Shown here in pieces: positions 9,142 through 19,476 of a stretch of DNA of 64,000 nucleotides (the first letter of the stretch is position 1; every line of letters begins with the position of its first letter). The notes under the pieces were generated by a model. The model did not search any database. It saw only the letters and a list, made by a program, of their open reading frames with translations, and was not told the DNA's origin. Made by a program: the position numbers and the translations under genes. Source of the DNA: Nitrospirota bacterium (lineage in GTDB: Bacteria; Nitrospirota; Nitrospiria; SBBL01; JAADHI01); NCBI GenBank assembly GCA_029261195.1, contig JAJDBU010000044.1:13396-77395 (forward strand), read 5' to 3'.

Positions 9142-11028
9142 TTATTGAGAGCTTGTTAGTTTGATGTCATACGCGCCGAATCGACCGGCGGAGGGGGGGG
9201 CGATTGATGAATGTTTGATGTGGGCGTTCAGTGGTACGTCGTCACCACCGGTCCAAACAAAAGAGACAGAGGACGCAAGGTTTGTCCTGCCATTTGGCGG
9301 GCAAGTACTTGAACAATTGGAGAAGCTTAAACCGCTTGCATTGTCATTCTGACCTACGATGGTCCCGCCTTCTTTGATTGTCAGCAGGGTGTCTGCACCA
9401 TTTGTGAGATTGAATGTTTCGATGGTATAGGTAAGTCCCTTATTCACCATCAAAGGGATGATATCTTCATCTCCATCCGGGTTTCCATTTTTGTAAATCG
9501 TACGGTGCGCCGTTGCTACGTTCAAGGAAGCAGGGACGGAAGTATCGGGGAAGAGTTCAATCTTCCGTCCCGTCATGATGGTTTGGAAGTGAGTGGTAAA
9601 GGACGCAGTTAAGGCATTCTTTTCAAATTGCAGCCAGAAAGTCTCCATTGTGGCCGGAGAAAATGATGGGAAGCTCATGGCGGTTTGCCAGATTTTTACG
9701 AAATCCAATTGAATGCGGTCATTATCAGTCGCGTTGTTGTTGATCGGATCGAGTAGATCCCACAAAATACCGGCCACGGCGATTTCGCTTGTCGTGTAGA
9801 GGGCAGAGGTATTGAGCGAAGAGGAAGGCAGGGTTGTGTAGTCCTCAATATTAAAGGAAAGTCCTAATCCCCCCTCTACGGTATCGACATAGATCGGCGT
9901 GCCTCTGACAGCGCTTGAGAAAAAGTTGGCCCAGCCTTCCGACCAGCTCAGGCGAATGTCCTGGTCATTTTCATTCAAGGCATGCGATCCTCCAGGGGAA
10001 TCGTCTTTAGAAAATTGACTTAAGACAAAATGTCCGAACTCGTGGATAATCACCGAATCGTCGTATTCATCGGCATCGCCCTTTCCTCCCCCGCCCAGAA
10101 CAAAGATTTCATTTTGCGGACTCGTAAAATAGGTGCCCTCAGCACTTCCGCGTTCCCAATAGCCGGTGAGCATGGGCAAAAGGCATGCTGTATTGGGTGC
10201 GGGACAGGGACCCGCTTGCTGAACAAATTCACTTGCATCTAAAAAGACGTCTAACAGGTTAAAAACGCCTCCTGCGCCTCCTGCTTTTGCGCTCAGATTG
10301 AGGTTTGCCGAAAAGGGAGTGGCAGTACTGTCGTCCATGCCTGGTGATAAAAAGGAATAAAGCGATTGATCTTCCGGATTGTTCCGAATCTCAAGTTTTG
10401 ATAAATCTGCAGGGTCACTTTTACTGACAACACGTACATAGACCCCCCCACGCTGTCCGCTGTTGTCTGCCGTAATGTTGAAATTGCCAAAGGCATCACT
10501 TGCGCCAGTGGCGATTGTTTTAAAACCGTCAATTGCAACAATCTCTATGAGGGCTTTGCGAACGGGCTTTAATTCAATGTTTCCTGTAAAACCATTTTCG
10601 TCAAAGGTTTTATCTTCATAGCTCGCCTTTCCGGCTATATTAATCGCAGAGGCCCCGTTATTCGGACTGACCACACCAACCCTGGCGCTGTTAACGGTCG
10701 ATTCAAATGTCGCAGTGACACGAGCGATACCGACTTTTATCCCTTTTGCCAATCCATTTTGATCAACTGTAAAGACGCTTGGGTCATCCGAAGCCCAAAC
10801 AAACTTCACATTTTTTACCACTTCCCCAGCGGCATTCTTGAACAGAGCCGAAAATTGAACCGATGCCCCTCCTGCAACCAGGGTCGTCAGTCCGGGTGTG
10901 ATTTCAATTTGATCTTTAGGTTGTTGGTTTTCACTTTCCTGGTTTTCATTACCAGAGCTTTTTTCATTGCAATCTGTTAGAAACAGGAAGCTCAGGACTA
11001 CAAGCATCTTGAAAAATTTTATAAACAT
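9142..11028 (-). CDS. Exported zinc metallopeptidase (gluzincin-like) with Ig-like and PPC-like domains
   Basis: Ig-like WASDDPSVFTVDQNG; HEFGH with downstream WSEGWANF; C-terminal DTLLTI...GQNDN. Confidence 0.75.
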   Translation of the reverse strand: MFIKFFKMLVVLSFLFLTDCNEKSSGNENQESENQQPKDQIEITPGLTTLVAGGASVQFSALFKNAAGEVVKNVKFVWASDDPSVFTVDQNGLAKGIKVGIARVTATFESTVNSARVGVVSPNNGASAINIAGKASYEDKTFDENGFTGNIELKPVRKALIEIVAIDGFKTIATGASDAFGNFNITADNSGQRGGVYVRVVSKSDPADLSKLEIRNNPEDQSLYSFLSPGMDDSTATPFSANLNLSAKAGGAGGVFNLLDVFLDASEFVQQAGPCPAPNTACLLPMLTGYWERGSAEGTYFTSPQNEIFVLGGGGKGDADEYDDSVIIHEFGHFVLSQFSKDDSPGGSHALNENDQDIRLSWSEGWANFFSSAVRGTPIYVDTVEGGLGLSFNIEDYTTLPSSSLNTSALYTTSEIAVAGILWDLLDPINNNATDNDRIQLDFVKIWQTAMSFPSFSPATMETFWLQFEKNALTASFTTHFQTIMTGRKIELFPDTSVPASLNVATAHRTIYKNGNPDGDEDIIPLMVNKGLTYTIETFNLTNGADTLLTIKEGGTIVGQNDNASGLSFSNCSSTCPPNGRTNLASSVSFVWTGGDDVPLNAHIKHSSIAPPSAGRFGAYDIKLTSSQ

Positions 11029-11034
11029 GATGCC

Positions 11035-11505
11035 TTACTCTCTGAATTCCAAAATACTACCCCCGGGCCCCTTATGTTTGATTGGGGGACGGGAACCCAA
11101 TGTGTTTTTGTCTGATTGCTCCAAGGTCAATCGTCGTTCCTGCCTGAAGATGCCTCCTGTCAGAGGATGAATACTCGCCTTGCCGATAATTTTATATGAA
11201 TCAGACGCACCTTGTTCAACGGTCACCTCAAGCTTTTTTTGCTCTCCTTTTTCCATCGGCCCTTCCCAGCGCTCTTCTCCCTCAATCAAACGAAGTCCGA
11301 GTGGCCGTTCGAGGCTGATGGCGACCTTTACCCCCGCGACATTTGCTGTTGCAATAAGGGCAATACGTGTTTCGGTTTCTGAGAGATGGCGATAGGAAAA
11401 TCTCAGTTCTATTGGAGGACGGGGTTTGATCGCATTAGAAGGTTCGGAAGCGAATATGAGGAAAAGGAGGGAAAGAACCAGTGTGACTGTGTACCGCAAG
11501 ATCAA
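11035..11505 (-). CDS. Exported hypothetical protein
   Basis: Signal peptide; ends 6 bp before the peptidase start. Confidence 0.65.
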   Translation of the reverse strand: MILRYTVTLVLSLLFLIFASEPSNAIKPRPPIELRFSYRHLSETETRIALIATANVAGVKVAISLERPLGLRLIEGEERWEGPMEKGEQKKLEVTVEQGASDSYKIIGKASIHPLTGGIFRQERRLTLEQSDKNTLGSRPPIKHKGPGGSILEFRE

Positions 11506-11562
11506 ACCTCGGATTGGGGCAATACACCGATAAAAGCGCAGACGAAGGAGCCTAACTGCGTC

Positions 11563-12522
11563 CTAGTTTACCATATTGGCAGGGGGTTCATTTTTGAAAA
11601 CGGCCAGGAGATTATTGATGACCATCAGTCCCATAGCGATTCGAGTTTCTGAAGAGGCCGAACCGATGTGGGGCAGGGTGATGACATTTTTCATCTTGAG
11701 TAATGCCGGTGAAATCACAGGTTCTTCTTCATAAACATCCAATCCGGCTCCTGCAATTTGCTTTTCTTTCAATGCCTGCACCAGGGCCTTTTCGTCAACA
11801 ATCGGTCCTCGCGATGTATTAATTAAGATCGCGTTTGGTTTCATACGCTGAAATGCCGACTGGCCAATGAGATGCAAGGAGGCCTGATTTAAGGGAAGAT
11901 GGAGTGAAAGATAGTCCGATTCACTTAAAAGATCCTGAAAGGGCAGATAGCTGACGCCCAGTAGTCTTTCGATTTCCGGTAGACGTCGGCGACTGTAATA
12001 GTTTACCGACATCGAAAAGCCTGCCGCCCGCCGGACGACGGCTTGAGCAATGCGTCCCATGCCGACGATGCCGAGTTTTTTCCCGTAGATATCGTTTCCT
12101 AGAAGTTCGGTCGGAGACCAACCGCTCCATTGGCTGCTTTGCAGCATTTGATCGCCCTCTGGAATACGTCTGGCGACTGCCATCAGGAGCGCCCAACTTA
12201 AATCAGCCGTGGTTTCGGTCAACACACCCGGCGTATTGGTGACAGCAATCCCCAGGGCTTTTGCTGCGATAAGGTCAATATTGTTGTAACCGACGGCATA
12301 ATTGGCGATGATCTTCAGGTGGGGCGCCCCTTTAAGGAGAGTCTCGTCAATCGGGTCACTCAGCATTGTAATCATCCCCTCGGCTTCGCGGACCCCCTCT
12401 TTGATTTCTTCTTTGTTGAGAGGACGATCCAGGGGGTCGTAACGAAGATCAAAGTGGATGCGAAGCTGCTCCATGACAGGCTCCGGAAGTAAGCGTGTTA
12501 AAAAAACGATTGCCTTGCTCAT
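11563..12522 (-). CDS. D-2-hydroxyacid dehydrogenase (glyoxylate reductase/D-glycerate dehydrogenase type)
   Basis: AVGYNNID, GIVGMGRIA, INTSRGPIVDE, LDVYEEEP, LPHIGSA; AAAGAGG RBS before ATG 12522. Confidence 0.92.
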   Translation of the reverse strand: MSKAIVFLTRLLPEPVMEQLRIHFDLRYDPLDRPLNKEEIKEGVREAEGMITMLSDPIDETLLKGAPHLKIIANYAVGYNNIDLIAAKALGIAVTNTPGVLTETTADLSWALLMAVARRIPEGDQMLQSSQWSGWSPTELLGNDIYGKKLGIVGMGRIAQAVVRRAAGFSMSVNYYSRRRLPEIERLLGVSYLPFQDLLSESDYLSLHLPLNQASLHLIGQSAFQRMKPNAILINTSRGPIVDEKALVQALKEKQIAGAGLDVYEEEPVISPALLKMKNVITLPHIGSASSETRIAMGLMVINNLLAVFKNEPPANMVN

Positions 12523-12676
12523 TATATGATCCTCTTTAGGTGACTCAGGTTGAGGTGGCTCAGGGAGCTCTGAGCAAGCAAATGAAAGATATTCTGTTGG
12601 AGGATATTTTACCAAAATCAGGATAAAAACAACAGCTCTCCCTTCAGACTCATATTGTATTGGAAACGGCTCCATT

Positions 12677-12705
12677 TTGACATTGTGAAAGTCCTATAAT
12701 ATACT
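12677..12705 (+). promoter_or_regulatory. Sigma70-type promoter
   Basis: TTGACA-N17-TATACT upstream of the HEAT/HD-GYP pair. Confidence 0.65.
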
Positions 12706-12818
12706 TCCGCTCTCTTCAACCCATGTTACGCCTCGCCTATGCGCTCACTCCTTCCGAAGACAAGAGAAACCAAGCCCCTTGATTCCCTTTTCTATTGTAA
12801 GTTTCTTTGGAGCAAACA

Positions 12819-14537
12819 ATGGCAGAATTAGACAAGGAGCCATTGGAGGCGGATGAAGACTACAACGAAGAAGAAGTCAAGTCGGCGAAAGAAATCCTCC
12901 AAAACCTGACAAAGACCATAAAAACACAAAAAATATACCTTCCCAATAACCCGATTCACCAAAAATTTACCCGTCAACTCCTGCAATTATTTCAGACTCA
13001 TCTTGAAAACTTTGGCGTTCTTCGGCTTAGAATCAAGCGATTTGAACTCATCTGCTCGGGACAAGTGATCTACGAAAATGCAGACCGCCTTGAGAGCATT
13101 GCATTCAGATTTTTTGTCGATGGTTTGCGTAAGCTTTCATTTCACCCGGGACTGGACAAGGAGGAAATGACCTATTTCCTGGATGTACTCGGGCGGGAGG
13201 AGCAAGGCTCAAGTGCAGATGACGATATCGTCACGCTGCTCTGGGAACGGCATTTTTCGCATATCCAGTATGTGGTCGTCGATGACTTGGCAGGCGAACT
13301 CGATGATATCGAAAATCTGAAGGAAATGAAGCGTGAGGCACCATCAACGAAGCAGCTTCAGGCCGTCTACGAACAAGAAGCGCCTATCACACCGAGCGCC
13401 CTTGCCCCAAAAGGTATTGAGATCCCCTCTCTCCATATCTTTAAGCTGACTCAGGAAGAAATCAACTCGATCAAACGGGAGCTGCGCTGGGAGGAAGAAA
13501 TCGATATCGTCAATGAGTTGCTTAACATGCTCTTTGACATTATCCGGATCGAACACGACGCCGGAATTTTTTCAGAAGTCTTAGACATCATCGACAACAT
13601 CCTTCAGCAACTGATGTTCAGGGGTGACTTTTCGTATGCGAAGAAAATTCTTGCTTTTTTTCATGAAATGATCGAAGCGCCGCCCGGCCTTGAGTCTCCC
13701 CACCGACTGCTCGTTCAGGAGGCCCTCGCTCGTGCAGGCACATCGGAAAGAATCATCAAATTGGCCCCGGTTTTAAACCATCTTTCCAGTGACCACGTTG
13801 ATGCGCTAAGTGCTTTCCTATTGCTATTAAATAAAGAAGTCGTCTCGCCCTTGATTGAACTGCTTGCAGAGGTCAATACCATGAAGGCGAGAAGGGTCCT
13901 TTGCGACATTCTCGCCGAGATTGGACAAAAAGATTATGCTGCGCTTGTCAACAGACTCAATGATGATCGCTGGTTTCTGGTGCGCAATTTAATCTACATC
14001 CTTGGCAAGATGCAGGATGAACGGACAACCAGCCACTTAAGTCAATTCGTTCATCACTATGAGTTAAAGGTTCGGAAGGAAGTCATCCATGTCCTGGATA
14101 CAATGGAGAATCAACGCGCCACGACTCTTCTCCTTGAATTTTTGCCCGACCCTGACCTCTCAAACCGGGTTTACACCATTAAATGCATTGCAAAAAAGAA
14201 GATTAAGGCGGGCATGCCACATCTCTTGAAAATGATGCAGGCCAAAGGTTTTGACGAAAAAGCACTCTACGAAAAAAAGGAAATTTACACCGCCTATGCC
14301 AGCCTCGGCGGAGATGCAGTCCTCCCTGAAATTTCACAGTCTTTAGATATGCCTTGGAGCCTTTTTAGAAATGTCCACGCAGAAGAACGGGGTATTTGCG
14401 CCGCTGTCGCCCTTAAACGCCTTGCCTCTCCCGCATCAGCGGAAGCGCTCCGTCAAGGGAGTCGCTCAAAAAACAAGGCCATTCGGGAGGCATGTGAAAC
14501 AGCGTTAAAAAAATTAGCCCCTGGAACAACAGAATAA
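12819..14537 (+). CDS. HEAT-repeat protein
   Basis: N-terminal IYLPNNPI motif; helical repeats LNDDRWFLVRNLIYILG, VRKEVIHVL. Confidence 0.8.
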   Translation: MAELDKEPLEADEDYNEEEVKSAKEILQNLTKTIKTQKIYLPNNPIHQKFTRQLLQLFQTHLENFGVLRLRIKRFELICSGQVIYENADRLESIAFRFFVDGLRKLSFHPGLDKEEMTYFLDVLGREEQGSSADDDIVTLLWERHFSHIQYVVVDDLAGELDDIENLKEMKREAPSTKQLQAVYEQEAPITPSALAPKGIEIPSLHIFKLTQEEINSIKRELRWEEEIDIVNELLNMLFDIIRIEHDAGIFSEVLDIIDNILQQLMFRGDFSYAKKILAFFHEMIEAPPGLESPHRLLVQEALARAGTSERIIKLAPVLNHLSSDHVDALSAFLLLLNKEVVSPLIELLAEVNTMKARRVLCDILAEIGQKDYAALVNRLNDDRWFLVRNLIYILGKMQDERTTSHLSQFVHHYELKVRKEVIHVLDTMENQRATTLLLEFLPDPDLSNRVYTIKCIAKKKIKAGMPHLLKMMQAKGFDEKALYEKKEIYTAYASLGGDAVLPEISQSLDMPWSLFRNVHAEERGICAAVALKRLASPASAEALRQGSRSKNKAIREACETALKKLAPGTTE

Positions 14538-14550
14538 TGGAGCAGTAACA

Positions 14551-15984
14551 ATGCGTGGATATGATGAAGAGATCGCCCAGGTCGGAAAAAAACTGACCAT
14601 TCAATTGGCAATTCTCATCCGAACGAGTCAAATTCATAACCAGGGGAATGTCGCCCTGGAACCACCGACGGAAAAGGTCTACAACAGCCTGCACGCCCTT
14701 TTTTCAGGGGATTCAGAGGTCGCATTGAATCTTGAAGGCGATTTTCTTTTTATCGGTGAGACTCGTTTAAAAATCGATATTGAGGGTTTCGGAAACCTGA
14801 TGTATTTAATCGACGAGATGAAAAAACGACAGATTGGGAGCATTATTTTTTCCCGGGGCATCAAGAAGGCCGAGATCATCAAGTTCTGCGCGATTTTTGC
14901 CGGCTTCGACTTGGAAGCGCCCGATCCCTTTGAACGATTTCATGAAGCCCTGAAACAGGCCCGACTTAGCAATCCCTCGGTTGAGCCCTATGAGGAAAAG
15001 AAAGAACAAGAGTCAGTTGATGACATATTCAAAGACAAAAAAGAACTCGCAAAACGGACTTACGTATCCACGGTCACAGCAGTCTCAGAGGTCATGGACA
15101 GCCTGAAGTTAAGGCAGGCGGTCAGCCTGAAGCGATCAAAACGGGTCGTCCAGTCAATGGTCGATACGATTTTGCAGGAAGATACGACCCTCTTAGGCCT
15201 CACCAACCTCCGATGCCATGATGAATATACCTATAATCACTCGGTCAACGTCTGCATCCTGGCGCTGGCAATCGGTCAGCGCTTAGGCTATCGGAAAATG
15301 CGCCTAAGCGAACTCGGCATGGCTGCCCTCTTTCACGACCTCGGAAAGTTCGATATCCCCTTAGAAATCCTGAATAAGTCTACCGATTTTACGCCGGAGG
15401 AATGGGCCATTATGCGAAGCCACCCCATCATGTCGGTGAAAGAACTGGTACGACTTAAGGGCATTCACGAAATGGCGGTAAAAGTGGCCCTGGGCGCCTT
15501 TGAACATCACCTCAACTTTGACCTTTCCGGTTATCCTAAACTCGCCTCGCCTCGCAAATTAAGCCTGGTGGGACGGATTGTCTGCATTGTGGATTGTTAT
15601 GATGCCCTGACCTCTTCACGAGTCTACAACCGCATCCCCTTCCCGCCCGACAGAGCCTTGCGATTTATGCTTGCCCGCTCCGGCAAAGCCTTCGACCCAA
15701 TTTTAATGAAGCTTTTTGTCAATGCAATTGGCGTTTTCCCAGTGGGAACACTTGCCTTGCTCAATACCAAAGAAATCGGCGTCGTCATCTCTTCTCACCC
15801 GAACCCTACAAAGGGGGACCGCCCGAAAGTCCGAATCATTGTCGAGTCATCAGGTAACGAAGCGAGCGAAGAGCGCATTGTTGACCTCTCTGAAGAAGAC
15901 CGCCACGGCCGCAGAGCTTATGAAATCGTCAAGGTCATTGATCCCGCAAAATACAAGATTGACGTCGGAAAGTACTTCTTATAA
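14551..15984 (+). CDS. HD-GYP domain cyclic-di-GMP phosphodiesterase
   Basis: YTYNHSVNV, HDLGK, EHH...GYP, IVDCYDALTSSRVY. Confidence 0.9.
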   Translation: MRGYDEEIAQVGKKLTIQLAILIRTSQIHNQGNVALEPPTEKVYNSLHALFSGDSEVALNLEGDFLFIGETRLKIDIEGFGNLMYLIDEMKKRQIGSIIFSRGIKKAEIIKFCAIFAGFDLEAPDPFERFHEALKQARLSNPSVEPYEEKKEQESVDDIFKDKKELAKRTYVSTVTAVSEVMDSLKLRQAVSLKRSKRVVQSMVDTILQEDTTLLGLTNLRCHDEYTYNHSVNVCILALAIGQRLGYRKMRLSELGMAALFHDLGKFDIPLEILNKSTDFTPEEWAIMRSHPIMSVKELVRLKGIHEMAVKVALGAFEHHLNFDLSGYPKLASPRKLSLVGRIVCIVDCYDALTSSRVYNRIPFPPDRALRFMLARSGKAFDPILMKLFVNAIGVFPVGTLALLNTKEIGVVISSHPNPTKGDRPKVRIIVESSGNEASEERIVDLSEEDRHGRRAYEIVKVIDPAKYKIDVGKYFL

Positions 15985-16043
15985 CCCGAAAGTGAACCTC
16001 AAAAATCAGACAGGGCCTTAAGCGTGATCTTCGATGGCTGAAT

Positions 16044-16949
16044 TCATCCTCTTGGATGATATTCCCGATGGATTTTTTTCAAGTGTTCCCGCGCAACGTG
16101 GGTGTAGATTTGTGTTGTGGAAATGTCGGCATGGCCGAGCATTAACTGTATTGATCGAAGATCTGCCCCGTTCTCTAGAAGATGGCTTGCAAACGAATGC
16201 CTGAGCATGTGGGGACTGATTTTTTTTTGTATGCCAGCCTTTCTGGCGTAAAGACCGAGCATTTTCCAGAAAGCCTGCCGCGACATCCGGCGCCCTAAAC
16301 GACTGATAAAAAGGTCGCCTGAAACCTTCTTTTTCAATAGGAGGGAACGCACCGAAACAAGGTAGTTTTTAGTTTTATCCACGGCACATTCCCCAATCGG
16401 AACGATGCGCTCCTTTGCGCCTTTCCCTCGCGTAATCAAGTAACCTGCCTCCAGGTTTATGGCATTAATCGGAAGTTGAATCAACTCCGAAACCCTAAGC
16501 CCGCTTGCGTAAAGCAGTTCGATCATCGCATCATCCCGAAGTGCAGTGAGGGTCCTTCCTTTTTTTAAATTCAGCAAGGCCTCAACCTCTGACAGATGAA
16601 GGATTTTAGGGAGCCGCAAGGGTTTTTGAGGCGAGTCGATCTGCACCAGTGGATCATGAACAATCATTCCCTCGGATCTTAGGAAACTAAAAAAATTTCT
16701 CAAGGTCGAAACGATTCTCGCGATTGTCGAAGCGGAGAGTCCGGCCGTACGCAAATCAGAAAGAAATCTAAGGATTTTATAACGATTAATCTGTTTGATA
16801 TTGATTGAAGCTGAGTTAAATTCTGCCAAGTCTTTCTGTAAAAAATGAGAAAACCGTTTTAAATCTTGGGAATAGGCCGACAGGGTGTTTTTTGACAAGC
16901 CTTTTTCGACGACAATATAATTCAAAAATTGATCAATGATCGCATCCAT
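16044..16949 (-). CDS. xerD: Site-specific tyrosine recombinase XerD
   Basis: LYASGLRVSEL, GKGAKER, SPHMLRHSFASHLLENGADLR, LGHADISTTQIYTH, HPRG end. Confidence 0.92.
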   Translation of the reverse strand: MDAIIDQFLNYIVVEKGLSKNTLSAYSQDLKRFSHFLQKDLAEFNSASINIKQINRYKILRFLSDLRTAGLSASTIARIVSTLRNFFSFLRSEGMIVHDPLVQIDSPQKPLRLPKILHLSEVEALLNLKKGRTLTALRDDAMIELLYASGLRVSELIQLPINAINLEAGYLITRGKGAKERIVPIGECAVDKTKNYLVSVRSLLLKKKVSGDLFISRLGRRMSRQAFWKMLGLYARKAGIQKKISPHMLRHSFASHLLENGADLRSIQLMLGHADISTTQIYTHVAREHLKKIHREYHPRG

Positions 16950-16956
16950 ATCTAGG

Positions 16957-16985
16957 ATTGTATCTAGTGCATACACAAGGGTCAA
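16957..16985 (-). promoter_or_regulatory. Sigma70-type promoter of xerD
   Basis: Minus strand TTGACC-N17-TACAAT ending 7 nt before ATG 16949. Confidence 0.55.
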
Positions 16986-17127
16986 GGGATGAGGACAAGC
17001 CAATACTCTCATTGGTTTTCATCTAACATTGCTTCGTTTAAGCGCTGGGAGGGGTAATATCGATGTTTATCTTTTCAGTAGCCAAGTATTTACTTGGAAA
17101 AATCAGGGGAATGTCGGTTAAAATATA

Positions 17128-17172
17128 ACAGAAAACCGAAATGAGCCACCCCTCTAGGGACAGCTCATTTCG
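17128..17172 (-). terminator. Intrinsic terminator of the copper-protein cluster
   Basis: CGAAATGAGC/GCTCATTTCG 10-bp stem followed by GTTTTCTGTT on the minus strand. Confidence 0.7.
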
Positions 17173-17206
17173 AGACCTTATCGGTACGACTGAGTCGGCA
17201 GAGCGC

Positions 17207-18142
17207 TTATTGCTCAGAATCGTCTAAATAGAATTTACTTCGTTCTTCCCAACTGTGGGGGACAAGTAAATCTCCAGGTGAATTGTGGTCCTGTTTCTTC
17301 ACCTTGGGTGGTACCAAGTGACCATCTTTTAGCCAGGTTTGTAAGCGGTAGCTCGTCTGAAGGTCATGTAAGGGAATACGGATTTCTTTGGAATTAAAGC
17401 TAAAACCCATCTCTATCGTTTCATTGGGTTTAATGGTCACCGTTTGAGCCTGAACCTCCATATTGGGATGCCATGCAATCAAATGGTAGGTGCCCGGTGG
17501 TATATTTGCAATTTCATATTCACCATTTTCATTCGTCACATCAAAATACGGGTTTCCGACAGCAAGTCCCCAAGACTGCATATAATCATGCACACCGCAT
17601 TGTGTTCTAAAAATATAGTGCCCTGGTCGAAATTCAACGTCTTCTTGAATATTCGCCTTTTCCGGAACCGGTTTATTAAACATTTGAAAGGTATACTTGC
17701 TGTCTAGGGTGTAAGCCTGAATATCATGGAATATCGGGTCATTATTGGCGATTGTAACAGGGTGATTATTTCGAACCGGGGTCACAAAGGGCCGAATCTG
17801 GCAATCCTCCAACCAGATAATCGGTTTATGATTAAAAGGTTTCCCTTTTTCTACCCCGACAAGGGAAATCACCACATCTTGAAATCCGCCATCTTCAGCT
17901 TTCATAAATTCGTGTAAATATCGATTGCCATTACCATCCGAAATGCTCCGACAGAATTCAATATTTGGAGAAAAAATCAGGTGGTAAACCCGTGCGGGGG
18001 GAACTTGTCCTTCCAGGTAAATCTTTCCTTTTAGATTCCCGCCATTCTCCACCCGTTCCACTTCATAGCCCCATCCTTGTGGTAAATTGACCCCCAAAGA
18101 TACAAACAAAACCAGTAAAGACAGACTTATTTTTCTAATCAC
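17207..18142 (-). CDS. Exported carboxypeptidase-regulatory-like domain protein with cupredoxin-like copper motif
   Basis: Signal peptide; NNDPIFHDIQ...CGVHDYM; NPYFDVT...IPPGTYHLIAWHP. Confidence 0.75.
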   Translation of the reverse strand: MIRKISLSLLVLFVSLGVNLPQGWGYEVERVENGGNLKGKIYLEGQVPPARVYHLIFSPNIEFCRSISDGNGNRYLHEFMKAEDGGFQDVVISLVGVEKGKPFNHKPIIWLEDCQIRPFVTPVRNNHPVTIANNDPIFHDIQAYTLDSKYTFQMFNKPVPEKANIQEDVEFRPGHYIFRTQCGVHDYMQSWGLAVGNPYFDVTNENGEYEIANIPPGTYHLIAWHPNMEVQAQTVTIKPNETIEMGFSFNSKEIRIPLHDLQTSYRLQTWLKDGHLVPPKVKKQDHNSPGDLLVPHSWEERSKFYLDDSEQ

Positions 18143-18398
18143 GATGCTTCTCCTTCACTTTCACATAATGAACAAGTCGGCAGCAATCTGCCGAGGCTCA
18201 CAATGCGATAACTTTGTAGATCTTACAATCGGCTTAAGATATAAAAAATTGGTCAATTCGTCAAGATTGAGTCATACACGCATAATCCCCCCGAGATCCA
18301 ATCACGGACTTCAGGGGGATTTATAGGCACCATTTTGAGAAAAACAGAGAGAGCTGAGAAATCCGGGAGGGGAAATAGGCGAATGCCGCTGATGCACT

Positions 18399-19430
18399 TT
18401 AGTCGATAATAATCCGCTCTTCCCCTTCATGAAGTTTATGATCTTCAGGTGTGGCCGTATCCAGACGAAATCTGTCCTGAGACTCGTATGTCGGCCGTCT
18501 CACTTCATTCCCGTCAAATGCAAAGTTCAGCCGGGACGTGCTCTTCGCCTTCACCGTAACGGTTTTCTTAAAGATCTTGAAGTGAGGATGCCAGATGCTA
18601 ACTTCATATGTTCCTGGCGGAATACCATCAATAGTGTAAGTACCGTCCTTCGCGGTTTTTGCATAGTAGGGATTTTCCACAGCAAAACCCCAACTCTGCA
18701 TGAATTCATGCATGCCACAGATCATCTGGGAAATCCGTCGGCCTCGCGTAAAGTGAAGCACACCTCCCCGGGGTTCGGCTGAGATCGGCAGGGGGGTATT
18801 CAGGATAATATTTCCCTTTTCATTCTGATACACCTGGATATTGTGAACCACCGGGTCCCGGTTGATCATGTTCATCCGTTGGTTGTTATGGATGATGGCC
18901 ACATTGGGATGTTCGTGGTGGAGTTGCCCTTCTTCATCAATTGAAAACTGCTCTTCATCAGCAACATCAGCTGGGTGAAACATGCAATCGACTGCGACAA
19001 ATTCAGCCACGGTCGGGAGGTAAGGTTTACCTTTTTCGATTTTTTGAATCGAGACGACTGCCTCCCAAATGCCTCGATTGCCGTCCTTGCTGACGATAAA
19101 TTCTTTCAGACGGACATTCCCCTGCCCATCTGATATTTTTTTACAAAAAGGACCAAAGGGATACTGAATCAATACAAAAACCCGTGGCTCCGGTTTGGAT
19201 CCTTCCATACTGATTCTACCGCTAATCGTACCGCCATTACTTACGTCGATCTCTTCGTAAGCATTGGCCATAGGAAGTCGAATCATTCCGACAAGGGCCA
19301 GTATCAGGACACCCCAAAGACCTTTCATTAAATATTTTTTCCCGGCCATGCAATATATTTTCATTGTCATTTCCCCCATATCAAACAACTTCCCCATGAA
19401 CGCAAATTGGGGCAAGAGGCCAGTTTTCAC
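18399..19430 (-). CDS. Exported carboxypeptidase-regulatory-like domain protein with cupredoxin-like copper motif (start may be ~19364)
   Basis: Paralog of 17207..18142; NRDPVVHNIQ...CGMHEFM; NPYYAKT...IPPGTYEVSIWHP. Confidence 0.75.
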   Translation of the reverse strand: MKTGLLPQFAFMGKLFDMGEMTMKIYCMAGKKYLMKGLWGVLILALVGMIRLPMANAYEEIDVSNGGTISGRISMEGSKPEPRVFVLIQYPFGPFCKKISDGQGNVRLKEFIVSKDGNRGIWEAVVSIQKIEKGKPYLPTVAEFVAVDCMFHPADVADEEQFSIDEEGQLHHEHPNVAIIHNNQRMNMINRDPVVHNIQVYQNEKGNIILNTPLPISAEPRGGVLHFTRGRRISQMICGMHEFMQSWGFAVENPYYAKTAKDGTYTIDGIPPGTYEVSIWHPHFKIFKKTVTVKAKSTSRLNFAFDGNEVRRPTYESQDRFRLDTATPEDHKLHEGEERIIID

Positions 19431-19476
19431 TCCCCTTGCCCCAATCTGTTAACGACTGACTACGCTATCTCTGTGC

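Noticed and set aside
16044-16949. Tyrosine recombinase as a prophage or island integrase
   Set aside because: Size and motifs match housekeeping XerD; no phage genes or att repeats adjacent
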